Shown one piece after another: positions 1-9,712 of a DNA stretch of 64,000 bases. Below the pieces are notes generated by a model. It was not told the DNA's origin. It did no database searches and saw nothing but the letters and a program-made list of their open reading frames with translations. Both the position numbers and the translations under genes were made by a program. The stretch lies in contig JBMNHB010000001.1 in the NCBI GenBank assembly GCA_050950145.1, forward strand, positions 140,266-204,265, given 5' to 3'. Positions within the stretch are counted from its first letter, which is position 1, and every line of letters begins with the position of its first letter. This DNA is from Candidatus Dojkabacteria bacterium (GTDB lineage: Bacteria > Patescibacteriota > Dojkabacteria > SC72).

Positions 1-114
1 GCTAAAGATAAGTGGGGTAACCTTGTTGGTACCAGAACAAGAAAGAACAGAAGAACTGAGAAGTTTATTATTAAAACTAGAAGAACTAAAACAAGACCGT
101 TTGCTAAGAAATAA
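1..114 (+). CDS. rplB: 50S ribosomal protein L2, C-terminal fragment (5' end outside window)
   Basis: Frame 1 translates to ...AKDKWGNLVGTRTRKNRRTEKFIIKTRRTKTRPFAKK*, matching the conserved basic C-terminus of L2. It sits directly upstream of S19 as in the S10 operon. Confidence 0.7.
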   Translation, partial: AKDKWGNLVGTRTRKNRRTEKFIIKTRRTKTRPFAKK

Positions 115-131
115 TTTATATATAACAAAAT

Positions 132-449
132 ATGTCTAGATCGCTTAAAAAAGGACCATACACAGATGAAAAATTAATGAAGAAAGTAGCCAAAGCTAAG
201 GAGACAGGAAGCATGGCACCTATTAAAACATGGGCAAGATCTTCTACTATTACTCCAGAAATGGTTGGTATGAAATTCTTAGTGCATAATGGTAAAAAAC
301 ATGAAGAAGTATTGGTAGTTGAATCAATGATAGGTCATAGATTAGGAGAATTTGTAATGACAAGGAAGTTTAGAGGTCATGCAAAGAAAGGTAAATTATC
401 TAAAGTCTACGGAAGTAGCGGTAGATTTGAAGAATCTAAATCAGAATAA
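132..449 (+). CDS. rpsS: 30S ribosomal protein S19
   Basis: ORF translation GPYTDEKL...[16 protein letters not shown] is a canonical S19 signature. Operon position after L2. Confidence 0.95.
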   Translation: MSRSLKKGPYTDEKLMKKVAKAKETGSMAPIKTWARSSTITPEMVGMKFLVHNGKKHEEVLVVESMIGHRLGEFVMTRKFRGHAKKGKLSKVYGSSGRFEESKSE

Positions 450-454
450 AAACT

Positions 455-796
455 ATGGAAGACAAAATTGTAACAGTAAAAGTTAAAGATATAGCAGAAT
501 CACCACTCAAATTAAGATTGGTTGTGGATGTAGTAAGAGGAAAAAGTGCTGCAGAAGCATTAGAAATGCTTGAGTTGGTAAATAAAAAGGGTGCAGCTAT
601 AGTTAAAAAAGCCATAATGTCAGGAGTTGCAAATGCAAGAGAGAAATATGGTGTAGATAAAGATGCATTAGTAATTAGTAAAATATCTGTAGATGAAGCA
701 AAAATACTAAAAAGAACAAGATTTGAATCAAGAGGTAGGGTCTCAAGGATAGATAAAAGGAGATCACATATTAATTTAGAATTAACAGTCAAGTAA
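455..796 (+). CDS. rplV: 50S ribosomal protein L22
   Basis: 113 aa; operon position S19-L22-S3 and L22-like sequence (KSAAEALEML...). Confidence 0.9.
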   Translation: MEDKIVTVKVKDIAESPLKLRLVVDVVRGKSAAEALEMLELVNKKGAAIVKKAIMSGVANAREKYGVDKDALVISKISVDEAKILKRTRFESRGRVSRIDKRRSHINLELTVK

Positions 797-797
797 G

Positions 798-1448
798 ATG
801 GGAAGAAAAGTACATCCAAAAGCTATAAGAATTGGAATAAACAAAGAATGGGATTCAAGATGGTATGCACATAAGACAGATTTTCCTAAAACTCTGTCAC
901 AGGATTTAAAGATAAAAGAGAAGATCAACGAATCTATGAAAGATGCTGGTATAGATAGAATAAGAATTAAGAGGTCTGTTGGTAAATTGGAGATTCTCGT
1001 ATATGTAGCAAGACCAGGTGTTGCAATAGGAAGAGGTGGAGAAGGAATTGATCTTTTACAGAAAGAATTAAAGAGGATGACTAAAACAGAAGTAGATCTT
1101 AAGATTAGAGAGGTTAGAAAAGCTGATCTTTCAGCAAGAGTTGTAGCAAAAACAATAGCTGATGGAATTGAAAGAAGACAACCTTCTAAATTACTAGTAG
1201 CAAGTGCAATAGAAAAGATTATGGCGGCAGGAGCAAAAGGTACAAAGATTTGGGTGTCTGGGAGAATTAATAATGCAAGTCAGGCAAGAACAGTTAAAGC
1301 AGGAGCAGGTTCTGTACCAGCACAAACTTTTAGGGCAAATGTAGACTATGCAAGTATTGCTGCAGAAACACAAGATGCTGGATTAATGGGTATTAAAGTT
1401 TGGATTTACAAAGACGAACAAGATAATATTGATGAAACTGAAGAATAA
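798..1448 (+). CDS. rpsC: 30S ribosomal protein S3
   Basis: MGRKVHPKAIRIGINKEWDSRWYA... carries the KH domain and S3 C-terminal domain motifs; operon position. Confidence 0.95.
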   Translation: MGRKVHPKAIRIGINKEWDSRWYAHKTDFPKTLSQDLKIKEKINESMKDAGIDRIRIKRSVGKLEILVYVARPGVAIGRGGEGIDLLQKELKRMTKTEVDLKIREVRKADLSARVVAKTIADGIERRQPSKLLVASAIEKIMAAGAKGTKIWVSGRINNASQARTVKAGAGSVPAQTFRANVDYASIAAETQDAGLMGIKVWIYKDEQDNIDETEE

Positions 1449-1465
1449 TATTTTAAAATAAAGAT

Positions 1466-1879
1466 ATGTTACAGCCAAGGAAAAGAAAACATGCAAAAGA
1501 ATTTAGAGGAAAGATGAAAGGAGTTGCTACTGTTAACAACGAAGTAACCTTTGGTGAATACGGATTAAAGGCAATGGAACAGGGTTGGATTAATGCAAGA
1601 GAAATAGAGGCAGCAAGAAGAGCTGTTGCAGGATATACGAAGAGGAAGGGAAAAGTATGGATAAAAGTCTTTCCTCATAAACCATATACGCAAAGGTCTA
1701 TAAATAGTAAAATGCAGGGGGGAAAAGGTACTGTAGAGGGATATGTAGCAGTAGTATTACCTGGAACAATTCTATTAGAAATTGGTGGTGTTGATGAACA
1801 GACAGCAAAAGAAGCGATGAGATTAGCAGGACACAAGTTTTCTGTAAAATCTAAATTTGTGGCTAAAAGAGAGATATAA
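1466..1879 (+). CDS. rplP: 50S ribosomal protein L16
   Basis: MLQPRKRKHAKEFRGKMKG... is a typical L16 N-terminus; 137 aa. Confidence 0.95.
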   Translation: MLQPRKRKHAKEFRGKMKGVATVNNEVTFGEYGLKAMEQGWINAREIEAARRAVAGYTKRKGKVWIKVFPHKPYTQRSINSKMQGGKGTVEGYVAVVLPGTILLEIGGVDEQTAKEAMRLAGHKFSVKSKFVAKREI

Positions 1880-1927
1880 CTTGAGAATAGCGTGAATAAT
1901 TGATAAAATACAAACCGGAATTTAAAA

Positions 1928-2194
1928 ATGAAGAAAAATAAAGAAGAAAAAACAAAAATTGAAAGTAAAAAGAGAGAAATAGAGGGAGTTGTTGTTAGTA
2001 ACAGCATGGAGAAGACTGTAAAAGTTAGAGTAGATACCCTTGAAAGTCACCCTATTTACAAGAAAAGAGTTAAGAGGAAAAAGGTTTACTTTGCTCATAC
2101 AGAAGAAGAACTTGAAGTAGGAGATAAAGTAGTAATTAGAGAGAGCAGACCATACTCTAAGAAAATAAGATGGGTTGTTCTTAAGAAAGTATAG
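1928..2194 (+). CDS. rpsQ: 30S ribosomal protein S17, with a 15-aa Lys-rich N-terminal extension
   Basis: ...[38 protein letters not shown]...[17 protein letters not shown] matches S17. Only 48 nt separate it from L16, so no L29 gene lies between them. Confidence 0.9.
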   Translation: MKKNKEEKTKIESKKREIEGVVVSNSMEKTVKVRVDTLESHPIYKKRVKRKKVYFAHTEEELEVGDKVVIRESRPYSKKIRWVVLKKV

Positions 2195-2196
2195 TT

Positions 2197-2568
2197 ATGA
2201 TACAGAAAGAATCAATAGTAAAAGTAGCAGATAATAGTGGTGCAAGAGAAGCAAAAGTGGTTTCTATACCAGGTGCTTCTAAAGTAAGATACGCAAAAAT
2301 AGGGGATATTGTTGTTGTTTCTATTCAGAAAACAATACCAAATACAGGAGTAAAAGATCATGAACTATACAAAGCTGTTGTAGTAAGAACAAAGAAAGAA
2401 TTAAGAAGAAAAGATGGAACATATGTAAGATTTGATGACAATGCAGTTGTTTTAGTAGATCCAAAGAACAAGACACCAAAAGGAACAAGAATCTTTGGGC
2501 CTGTAGCAAGAGAATTAAGAGAAGGTGGTTTTGATAAAATATTATCTTTAGCACCAGAAGTACTTTAA
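2197..2568 (+). CDS. rplN: 50S ribosomal protein L14
   Basis: [22 protein letters not shown]... is a canonical L14 start; 123 aa. Confidence 0.95.
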   Translation: MIQKESIVKVADNSGAREAKVVSIPGASKVRYAKIGDIVVVSIQKTIPNTGVKDHELYKAVVVRTKKELRRKDGTYVRFDDNAVVLVDPKNKTPKGTRIFGPVARELREGGFDKILSLAPEVL

Positions 2569-2580
2569 AGAAATATAACT

Positions 2581-2985
2581 ATGAAGATTAAAAAAGGAGA
2601 CACAGTAAAAATATTATACGGAAAAGAGACAGGAAAACAGGGTACTGTAGTTGCTGTAAGTCCTAAGAAAAACAGTGTAATTGTTGAAGGCTTAAACCTT
2701 TACAAAAGACATTTAAAAGGAGATGGTCAAACAAGGCAATCTGAAATTTTGACAATTGAAAAACCATTTGAGTTGTCAAAAGTTATGTTAGTTTGTCCTA
2801 ACTGTAATAAACCAACAAGAGTAGGTATTAAAAGAGTTGATGGAAAGCCTGTTAGAGTATGTAAGAAATGTAATAAGGATATTGTTGAAAAAGAAAAGAC
2901 AACAGTTACAAAGAAGAAAGTAGAAAAGAAAGAAGTTAAGAAAACAACTAAAACAAAAACAGTTAAGAAAGAAAGTAAAAAGTAA
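2581..2985 (+). CDS. rplX: 50S ribosomal protein L24, with a Cys4 zinc-ribbon-like motif and a Lys-rich C-terminal tail
   Basis: KOW-type N-terminus (KIKKGDTVKILYGKETGKQGTV). The C-terminal region reads CPNCNK...CKKCNK, followed by a roughly 30-aa K/E/T-rich tail. Confidence 0.9.
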   Translation: MKIKKGDTVKILYGKETGKQGTVVAVSPKKNSVIVEGLNLYKRHLKGDGQTRQSEILTIEKPFELSKVMLVCPNCNKPTRVGIKRVDGKPVRVCKKCNKDIVEKEKTTVTKKKVEKKEVKKTTKTKTVKKESKK

Positions 2986-2987
2986 AT

Positions 2988-3542
2988 ATGAACAGATTAC
3001 AAGAAGAATACAATAAAAGAATAAGTAAGGAATTAATGAAAGAACAAAACTATGGTAATGTCATGGAAGTTCCTACTTTGAAAAAGATTGTTGTAAATAT
3101 TGGAGCTGGAGAAACAGTAGAGAACAAAGGAGCAATGGATGAAATAGTAGAAATGCTTACGAAGATAACAGGACAAAAACCGGTTATTAACAAAGCAAAG
3201 AAAGCAGTATCAGCATTTAAGATAAGGCAAGGAATGGATATTGGAGCATCAGTCACATTAAGAGGAGATAGAATGTGGCAGTTTTTTGACAAATTGGTAA
3301 ATATTGTTTTACCAAGAACAAAAGACTTCAGAGGATTAAGTCCAAAATCTTTTGATGGAGCAGGGAACTATTCTTTAGGGATAGAAGATCACACTGTATT
3401 TGTTGAGATAGATCCTAACAATGTCACAAAGATAAGAAGTCTTGAAGTTACAATTGTAACTACAGCAAAAGATGACGAGGGTGGTAAAGCTCTTTTAGAT
3501 AAATTTGGATTCCCATTCACTAAGAATGTCAACCGCAGCTAA
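2988..3542 (+). CDS. rplE: 50S ribosomal protein L5
   Basis: 184 aa; conserved NIGAGE...[22 protein letters not shown] motif region. Confidence 0.95.
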   Translation: MNRLQEEYNKRISKELMKEQNYGNVMEVPTLKKIVVNIGAGETVENKGAMDEIVEMLTKITGQKPVINKAKKAVSAFKIRQGMDIGASVTLRGDRMWQFFDKLVNIVLPRTKDFRGLSPKSFDGAGNYSLGIEDHTVFVEIDPNNVTKIRSLEVTIVTTAKDDEGGKALLDKFGFPFTKNVNRS

Positions 3543-3720
3543 AGAATACAAAGCAAAAAAACTAAAGAAAAGCTCAAAGTATAGTACCAGAGTGTATAAC
3601 AGATGTGCACAATGTGGAAGGGCAAGAGGTTACATTAGACATTATGGATTATGTAGAATCTGTTTTAAACAATTAGCGAGTCAGGGGAAAATCCCTGGTG
3701 TTAAAAAATCTATTTGGTAA
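3526..3720 (+). CDS. rpsZ: 30S ribosomal protein S14, type Z (zinc-binding)
   Basis: [13 protein letters not shown]...[39 protein letters not shown] has the CxxC...CxxC motif and is about 64 aa. ATG chosen at 3526 rather than the TTG at 3505. Confidence 0.9.
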   Translation: MSTAAKEYKAKKLKKSSKYSTRVYNRCAQCGRARGYIRHYGLCRICFKQLASQGKIPGVKKSIW

Positions 3721-3736
3721 TTTAATAAATAAAAAA

Positions 3737-4120
3737 ATGAACGACTTAATAGCAGATATGCTAACAAGAATACAAAATGGAATAATGAGGAAGAAAGAGA
3801 GTGTCTCTGTTATAAACACTAATATTAATAGAGAAATACTTTCTGTTCTCAAAAAAGAGGAAATGATAGATGATTTTGAAGTTAGTGAAGACAACAGAAC
3901 AGTAGAAGTTAAGATTGCTTACAATGATAAAGAACCAGTTATTACAAAACTACAAAAAGTAAGCAAACCAGGACAGAGAATCTATGTTTCTAAGAAAGAA
4001 ATAAAACCGGTAATGAACGGAAGAGGTATCTCTATAATCAGTACCTCAAAAGGAGTTATGTCAGGTGCGGTTGCCAAGAGCCAAGATCTTGGAGGTGAAT
4101 TTATATGTAAAATTTGGTAG
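3737..4120 (+). CDS. rpsH: 30S ribosomal protein S8
   Basis: MNDLIADMLTRIQNGIMRKK... is a canonical S8 start. The internal ATG at 3737 was chosen to avoid overlap with S14. Confidence 0.9.
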   Translation: MNDLIADMLTRIQNGIMRKKESVSVINTNINREILSVLKKEEMIDDFEVSEDNRTVEVKIAYNDKEPVITKLQKVSKPGQRIYVSKKEIKPVMNGRGISIISTSKGVMSGAVAKSQDLGGEFICKIW

Positions 4121-4122
4121 TT

Positions 4123-4665
4123 ATGTCTAGAATAGGACAAGAAACAATCAAAATTGAAGAAGGGGTTGAAGTATCATTGAATGGATCAGAGGTACATATT
4201 AAAGGTCCTCTTGGAGAAATGACAATCAATTTACCAGGAGACCTTGAGATAAAAATGGAGGGAGGAGAGATAACATTGAAAAGAAAAAATGAGACAAAAC
4301 AAGCAAAATCAAATCATGGTACTTACAGAATGCTAATTAACAATGCAGTTTATGGTGTTAAGAATGGATACTCTAAAAATTTAGAGTTGGTAGGAGTAGG
4401 TTACAGAGCAAGAATGGAGGGTGGAGATTTAGTTATGAGTCTTGGTTGGAATCATCCAATTAAGATGGTAGCTCCAGAAGGAGTTCAAGTTGAAGTACCT
4501 GAAGAAACAAAGATAACTGTAAAAGGATATGATAAACAGAAAGTTGGAGAATTTGCAGCAAAGATTAGAGAAGTTAGAAAACCAGAACCTTACAAAGGAA
4601 AAGGTGTAAGATATGAAGGTGAGTATGTAAGAAGAAAGAGTTCTAAAGCAAGTGTAGCAGCTTAA
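4123..4665 (+). CDS. rplF: 50S ribosomal protein L6
   Basis: MSRIGQETIKI...; two-domain L6. ATG at 4123 preferred over the TTG at 4114. Confidence 0.9.
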   Translation: MSRIGQETIKIEEGVEVSLNGSEVHIKGPLGEMTINLPGDLEIKMEGGEITLKRKNETKQAKSNHGTYRMLINNAVYGVKNGYSKNLELVGVGYRARMEGGDLVMSLGWNHPIKMVAPEGVQVEVPEETKITVKGYDKQKVGEFAAKIREVRKPEPYKGKGVRYEGEYVRRKSSKASVAA

Positions 4666-4689
4666 AATATATAGATAATTATTAAAGAA

Positions 4690-5016
4690 ATGGCAATTAA
4701 AACTAAAAACGAAAGAAGAATAAGAAGAAAAAAGCATATAAGGAAGACTCTTCATGGGACTTCTGAAAAGCCAAGAGTATTTGTATTTAAGAGCAACAGA
4801 TACTTCTATGCTGGTATTGCTAATGATGATAAAAACATCGTTATTAAATCTATGATGTCAAAAGGAAATGAAAAAGATATATTAGTAATGGCAAAGAAGT
4901 TTGCAACATTAGCTAAGAAGTACGAATCATTAGTTTTTGATAGAAGTGGATATAAATATCATGGATTAATAAAATCTTTTGTTGAAGAATTAAGAAAAGA
5001 AGGAGTTAATATTTAG
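4690..5016 (+). CDS. rplR: 50S ribosomal protein L18
   Basis: N-terminal basic region (RRIRRKKHIRKTLHGTSEKPRVFVFKSNRY) typical of L18. Confidence 0.9.
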   Translation: MAIKTKNERRIRRKKHIRKTLHGTSEKPRVFVFKSNRYFYAGIANDDKNIVIKSMMSKGNEKDILVMAKKFATLAKKYESLVFDRSGYKYHGLIKSFVEELRKEGVNI

Positions 5017-5026
5017 AAAGTAAAAA

Positions 5027-5719
5027 ATGGACGAAAAGAAATTTAGAAAATCTAGAGGAGAAAAGAAAGTATTTGAGAAGAAAACTCTTCCAGTAAGAAG
5101 GGTTGCTAAGGTTACCAAAGGAGGGAAGAAGTTAAGATTTAGTACAGTAGTTGTTGTAGGTGATAGAAATGGAACAGTTGGAGTTGCTCTTGGAAGGGGA
5201 GCAGATGTAAGGACAGCAGTAGCACAAGGAGAGAGGTTAGCAACAAAGGTAGCAACAAGGATAGAATTAGCTGGAGACACTATTCCTCATGAAGTTATTC
5301 ACAAATTTGGTGCTTCTAAAGTACTTTTAAGGCCGGCAAGACCAGGTACTGGAGTAATTGCAGGATCTTCTGTAAGAACAGTATTAGAATTAGCAGGTGT
5401 AGATAATGTATACGGAAAGATTTTAGGTAGTTCTGATGCAAATGGTAATGCATATTGTACATTTGAAGCGCTAAAAATATTGAGAAATGCAAGAGTATTG
5501 TCAAGAATGACAAAAATGCAAGAAAGAATTGCTTTAAAGGCAGAAACAGAAAAGGAAAGAAGAGCTAAAGAAGAAAAAAGAAGGAAGAAAGAGATGGCGA
5601 AAAAGAAAGCTGATAAAAAGAGTAAATTTGCAAAGAAAGATAGAAAGAAACCTGTTAAAAAAGAGGTTAAGAAAGAGGAAACTAAAAAAGCAGAAGATAA
5701 AGTAAGTAAAGAAAAGTAA
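5027..5719 (+). CDS. rpsE: 30S ribosomal protein S5, with a roughly 70-aa Lys/Glu-rich C-terminal extension
   Basis: S5 core (VRRVAKVTKGGKKLRFSTVVVVGDRNGTVGVALGRGADV...). Tail is KAETEKERRAKEEKRRKKEMAKKK... Confidence 0.95.
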   Translation: MDEKKFRKSRGEKKVFEKKTLPVRRVAKVTKGGKKLRFSTVVVVGDRNGTVGVALGRGADVRTAVAQGERLATKVATRIELAGDTIPHEVIHKFGASKVLLRPARPGTGVIAGSSVRTVLELAGVDNVYGKILGSSDANGNAYCTFEALKILRNARVLSRMTKMQERIALKAETEKERRAKEEKRRKKEMAKKKADKKSKFAKKDRKKPVKKEVKKEETKKAEDKVSKEK

Positions 5720-6162
5720 TGAAACTAGAGAATATACCAAAAAGAAAAAATAGAATAATGGCAGGAAAGAGAAAAGGAAGAGGGTATGGATCTGGTGTTG
5801 GTGGTCATACAATTGGAAGAGGTACAAAAGGTCAAACATCTAGAGCTGGACATAAATCTATGCAGTTCTTTGAAGGTGGTAATGTACCATTCTTTAGAAG
5901 AATGCCTAAATACAAAGGTTTTAATCAGAAATTTAAAGTAGAAGCTCAGGCTATTAATTTAGAGACTCTAGAGAAAGAATTCAAAGATGATGATGTTGTA
6001 AATATGGAAACTCTGCTTAAAAAAGGAATTGCTAAAAAGAATTCAAAAGCAGTAAAGATCCTAGGTAAGGGTGATATTAAAAAGAAACTTACAATAGAAG
6101 GTATTGAAACATCACAATCTGCACTTGCAAAAATAGAAAAAGCTGGTGGTTCTATAAAATAA
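5719..6162 (+). CDS. rplO: 50S ribosomal protein L15
   Basis: GKRKGRGYGSGVGGHTIGRGTKGQTSRAG matches L15. Its start overlaps the S5 stop (TAATG), so no L30 gene lies between S5 and L15. Confidence 0.9.
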   Translation: MKLENIPKRKNRIMAGKRKGRGYGSGVGGHTIGRGTKGQTSRAGHKSMQFFEGGNVPFFRRMPKYKGFNQKFKVEAQAINLETLEKEFKDDDVVNMETLLKKGIAKKNSKAVKILGKGDIKKKLTIEGIETSQSALAKIEKAGGSIK

Positions 6163-6175
6163 CCTCCTAAATACA

Positions 6176-7441
6176 ATGAAAAAATTGATTGAGAGACTCA
6201 AGCAAATTTTTAAAACAAAAGAAATTAGAGATAAAATAATCTTCTCTTTATTAATCTTAGTCATTTTTAGACTACTTTCCTCAGTTCCGGTAGCAGGTAT
6301 CCCTGCAGATGCTATTAAAAGTCTTTTTGAGGGAACAAGTATGGGAGATGTTCTTTCTGCAGTATCAGGTGGTGTTTTAGAAACAGCATCTATTGTTGCG
6401 ATTGGTCTAACTCCGTATATTAATGCCTCTATTATCTTCCAACTATTAGGTACAGTTATCCCAGCACTAGATGAAACAAGAAAAGAAGGTGCTGATGGAA
6501 GAAGGAAAATATCTATGTATACAAGACTTCTTACTGTACCACTAGCTGTATTACAATCTTTTGTTATTTACTCAACTTTGTTAGGTTTTGGATTAATTAC
6601 TAAATTAGGACCGTTAGAATTAGCAACAATGGTAGCAACATTTACTGCAGGTTCCGTAATGATGATGTGGTTTGGTGAATTAATATCCGAAAGTGGTCTT
6701 GGTGGTGGTACATCTTATCTAATTATGTTGGGTATTTTAGCTGGTATTCCTGGAACTGTAAGATCTAACTTTGTAATGATGGATGGATTACAGAAAGCCT
6801 TGTTCATCGCTATCTCGCTAATAATGATTATTGCCGTAGTTGTTGTTACAACAGCAGAAAGAAGGGTCAAAGTACAATACTCAAGAAGAGTTAGGACAGG
6901 AGGAGCATTAGAAAGTTATGTTCCTATTAAACTAACTCAATCAGGAGTTATGCCAGTAATTTTTGCAATGGCATTTCTTTCTTTTCCACAATTAGTAGGA
7001 AAATTCCTTGTTAGTAAGAATTTTAACCCAACTGTTACAGATATCGCTCAAAAAGTAATGGATTTTCTAAATAATCCATATGCTAAAGATATACTAACCT
7101 TTGTTTTAGTTATTGCGTTCTCATTCTTCTATCTATCTGTTGTATTCAAAACAGATGAATTAGCAGAGAATTTACAAAAACAAGGAGCTTTCATTCAAGG
7201 TATTAGACCTGGAGAACAGACATCTCGATATTTGCAAAAGATTAGTCTTAGACTTGCTGGTGTTGGTGCAATCTTTTTAGCATTACTCTCAATCCTTCCT
7301 GATATATTTGTAAGAATAGGATTAGTAAGTGGTGCAGTATTCTCTGGTACGGGACTCTTAATTGTAATAGGTGTGATTCTTGAGATTAAAAGGCAGGTGG
7401 AATCTATGATTACAACAAGGAGTTATGATAAATACCTTTAA
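6176..7441 (+). CDS. secY: Preprotein translocase subunit SecY
   Basis: 421-aa polytopic membrane protein after L15, with a SecY-like sequence. Confidence 0.95.
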   Translation: MKKLIERLKQIFKTKEIRDKIIFSLLILVIFRLLSSVPVAGIPADAIKSLFEGTSMGDVLSAVSGGVLETASIVAIGLTPYINASIIFQLLGTVIPALDETRKEGADGRRKISMYTRLLTVPLAVLQSFVIYSTLLGFGLITKLGPLELATMVATFTAGSVMMMWFGELISESGLGGGTSYLIMLGILAGIPGTVRSNFVMMDGLQKALFIAISLIMIIAVVVVTTAERRVKVQYSRRVRTGGALESYVPIKLTQSGVMPVIFAMAFLSFPQLVGKFLVSKNFNPTVTDIAQKVMDFLNNPYAKDILTFVLVIAFSFFYLSVVFKTDELAENLQKQGAFIQGIRPGEQTSRYLQKISLRLAGVGAIFLALLSILPDIFVRIGLVSGAVFSGTGLLIVIGVILEIKRQVESMITTRSYDKYL

Positions 7442-7478
7442 TAGAAGGTGCTAATATAATCTTTGTTTAATAACATAT

Positions 7479-8153
7479 ATGAAAAACATCTTAAATAAAC
7501 CAGCAACAATCCTTTTTCATGGACCATCTGGTTGTGGAAAGGATACCCAGGTAGATCTTCTTGTTCAAAAATATGGTTTTGAGAATATAGGTACAGGTGA
7601 GATGATTAGGAAAATGTATGATGCAAAGGATGAAGATGCTGTAATTGCCACCGAAGAATATACATCTAAAGGACTATTTGTTCCTAACGATATCATATAT
7701 AACAGAATGTTTCCCAAGTGGCTTAATAGATTTGATTCTAAAAAGAATTGGGCTTTTGTTTCCGTAGTAAGGGATGTGGGACAAGTTGAACTTTTTGATG
7801 AATTACTTAAATCTAAAGGAAGAGAACTAGATCTTTTCATACATTTTACCCTTTCTGCTGAAACAGCGATAGAAAGAATGTCTGTTCGTACATATTGTCC
7901 TAGTTGTGGCATGACATTCCACCCCAAGTTTAAGAAAGAGAAGGTACAAGGAATTTGTGATAAGTGTAATACGAAATTGATTCAAAGAGATGATGACAAA
8001 CCAGAGAAAATTAGAAAGAGAATAGAAGAATACAATAGAACTATTAGTCCGATATTGGAAAAATATAGAGAAAGAGAGATCTTAGTTGAAGTAGATGCAG
8101 CACCAAGTATTGAAGATATTCACAAGGAAATACTTAGGATATTAGATTTGTAG
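7479..8153 (+). CDS. adk: Adenylate kinase with a zinc-binding lid
   Basis: P-loop FHGPSGCGKDTQ. Lid region has CPSCG...CDKC. Position after secY. Confidence 0.9.
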   Translation: MKNILNKPATILFHGPSGCGKDTQVDLLVQKYGFENIGTGEMIRKMYDAKDEDAVIATEEYTSKGLFVPNDIIYNRMFPKWLNRFDSKKNWAFVSVVRDVGQVELFDELLKSKGRELDLFIHFTLSAETAIERMSVRTYCPSCGMTFHPKFKKEKVQGICDKCNTKLIQRDDDKPEKIRKRIEEYNRTISPILEKYREREILVEVDAAPSIEDIHKEILRILDL

Positions 8154-8159
8154 AGAGAT

Positions 8160-8792
8160 ATGAAAACTAATTTTGTTTTTGAACACTCTACTCCAGAAGA
8201 GTCAGCGAAGAAAAAACCTGCAATCTTTTTATTCCACGGATATGGAAGTGATGAGAGAGATTTATTATCACTTGTAGAAGATTTTAAAGAGACACATCAT
8301 ATTTTTAGTTTAAGAGGTCCAATTACCGTTTTTCCAGGATATGCATTTTGGAATTTTGAAGAAAATGGTCAGCCTGTAAGTGCCGAATTTGATGAGGTGT
8401 TGAAATCTGCACAGGTTTTCATCAATGAGGCAATTCAAGAATATAACTTAGACACTAAAAACATTGTATTGTTCGGCTTTAGTCAGGGAGCAATGTTAGC
8501 ACAAAGTTTAGCATTGATTATGGGGGAGAGTATAAGTAAGGTTGTTGCACTTAGTGGTTATGTACCAGATTTTGTAAAAGAAGATAGATATACTAAAAAG
8601 TCTGTTAAACATCTTAAGATTTTTATATCTCATGGTATTGATGATATGGTTGTGCCTTATCAGTGGGGAGAAGAGAGTAGTGAATATCTTAAATCACTTC
8701 GAGCAAAAGTTACTTTTAAATCATATGTTAGTGGACATTTTGTAACACCTGAGAATGGAAAAGATTTAGTAGAGTTTATAAAAGAAGAATGA
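8160..8792 (+). CDS. Alpha/beta hydrolase, phospholipase/carboxylesterase family
   Basis: GFSQG nucleophile-elbow motif, FLFHGYGSDE, and a late HG..D region. It occupies the slot normally held by map. Confidence 0.7.
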   Translation: MKTNFVFEHSTPEESAKKKPAIFLFHGYGSDERDLLSLVEDFKETHHIFSLRGPITVFPGYAFWNFEENGQPVSAEFDEVLKSAQVFINEAIQEYNLDTKNIVLFGFSQGAMLAQSLALIMGESISKVVALSGYVPDFVKEDRYTKKSVKHLKIFISHGIDDMVVPYQWGEESSEYLKSLRAKVTFKSYVSGHFVTPENGKDLVEFIKEE

Positions 8793-8882
8793 TGAAAGTG
8801 CTTGTAAAAATGTCTTTTTTTTGCTATCCTTACCTTGTCTATTTCAAAGGCATCTAACATAGTAATATTTATATTATTTATG

Positions 8883-8911
8883 TTGATTTACTAGTCTTCC
8901 TTTGGTATAAT
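8883..8911 (+). promoter_or_regulatory. sigma70-like promoter upstream of infA
   Basis: TTGATT, a 17-nt spacer, then TATAAT at 8906-8911. This lies about 36 nt upstream of the infA ATG. Confidence 0.5.
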
Positions 8912-8947
8912 TCCAAAGATTCCACTAGTGTGGATTATTGACTAACT

Positions 8948-9181
8948 ATGAATGATAGTAAAAAAGTTTTTGAATTTGATGGAGTAGTGAAAGAGAGTTT
9001 ACCAAATACTCAATTCATTGTTGAGATTGAGGTAAATGGATCTAAACACGAAGTTATTGGATATCTCTCTGGCAAGATGAGAATGCATTACATTCGTATT
9101 CTTGAAGGAGATAAGGTAAAGATAGAGATGACTCCATATGATAAAGAGAGGGGTCGAATAATTTATAGATATATGGATTAA
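8948..9181 (+). CDS. infA: Translation initiation factor IF-1
   Basis: S1-like fold; sequence ...[40 protein letters not shown]... matches IF-1. Confidence 0.95.
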   Translation: MNDSKKVFEFDGVVKESLPNTQFIVEIEVNGSKHEVIGYLSGKMRMHYIRILEGDKVKIEMTPYDKERGRIIYRYMD

Positions 9182-9182
9182 A

Positions 9183-9299
9183 ATGAAAGTAAGAGCTTCT
9201 GTAAAAAAGAGATGTTCAGAATGTTACACTGTTAAAAGAAAAAACAGGGTATATGTCTATTGTAGAAAGAATCCTAAACATAAACAGAGGCAGGGTTAA
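9183..9299 (+). CDS. rpmJ: 50S ribosomal protein L36
   Basis: Not in the ORF track. Manual translation gives [38 protein letters not shown] (38 aa, C-x2-C...C...H zinc ribbon). Canonical position between infA and rpsM. Confidence 0.9.
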   Translation: MKVRASVKKRCSECYTVKRKNRVYVYCRKNPKHKQRQG

Positions 9300-9322
9300 T
9301 TATTAATTTATTTAATTAAAAA

Positions 9323-9706
9323 ATGGCAAGAGTCGCAGGAATTGAAATACCAAATGATAAGAGATTATGGGTCTCTTTGATGAGTATATATGGAATTGGA
9401 GAAGTAAGTGCAAAGAAGATTTGTGAAGGAGCTAATATAGATCCAGTAGTATTTGTAAAAGATCTTTCAGAAACAGAGTTGGACAGGGTTAGAAAATATA
9501 TTGAAGAAAACTTTAGTGTTGAAGGTGAATTAAGACAAGAGAGATTTAGAGATATCAAAAGGTTAAAAGATATCAGAACATACAGAGGAATTAGACATAA
9601 ATTAGGTCTTCCAGTAAGAGGTCAAAGGACTAGACACAATGCTAGAACTAGAAAAGGTAGAAGTAGACCTGTTGGAGGATTAAAGAGAACATTAGATAAA
9701 ACTTAG
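9323..9706 (+). CDS. rpsM: 30S ribosomal protein S13
   Basis: MARVAGIEIPNDKRLWVSLMSIYGIG is a canonical S13 start. Confidence 0.95.
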   Translation: MARVAGIEIPNDKRLWVSLMSIYGIGEVSAKKICEGANIDPVVFVKDLSETELDRVRKYIEENFSVEGELRQERFRDIKRLKDIRTYRGIRHKLGLPVRGQRTRHNARTRKGRSRPVGGLKRTLDKT

Positions 9707-9712
9707 TACAAA

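Noticed and set aside
436-819. Numerous 60-140-aa ORFs on the opposite strand or in alternate frames of ribosomal and other genes (e.g. 436-819 minus, 1675-2007 minus, 5534-5839 minus, 63113-63709 minus).
   Set aside because: They lie entirely inside well-supported conserved genes and their translations are low-complexity (Leu/Phe/Ser-rich). These are typical AT-rich antisense artefacts.
1880-1927. A hidden rpmC (L29) between L16 and S17.
   Set aside because: Only 48 nt of spacer. The S17 N-terminal 15-aa extension ([15 protein letters not shown]) has no L29-like sequence.
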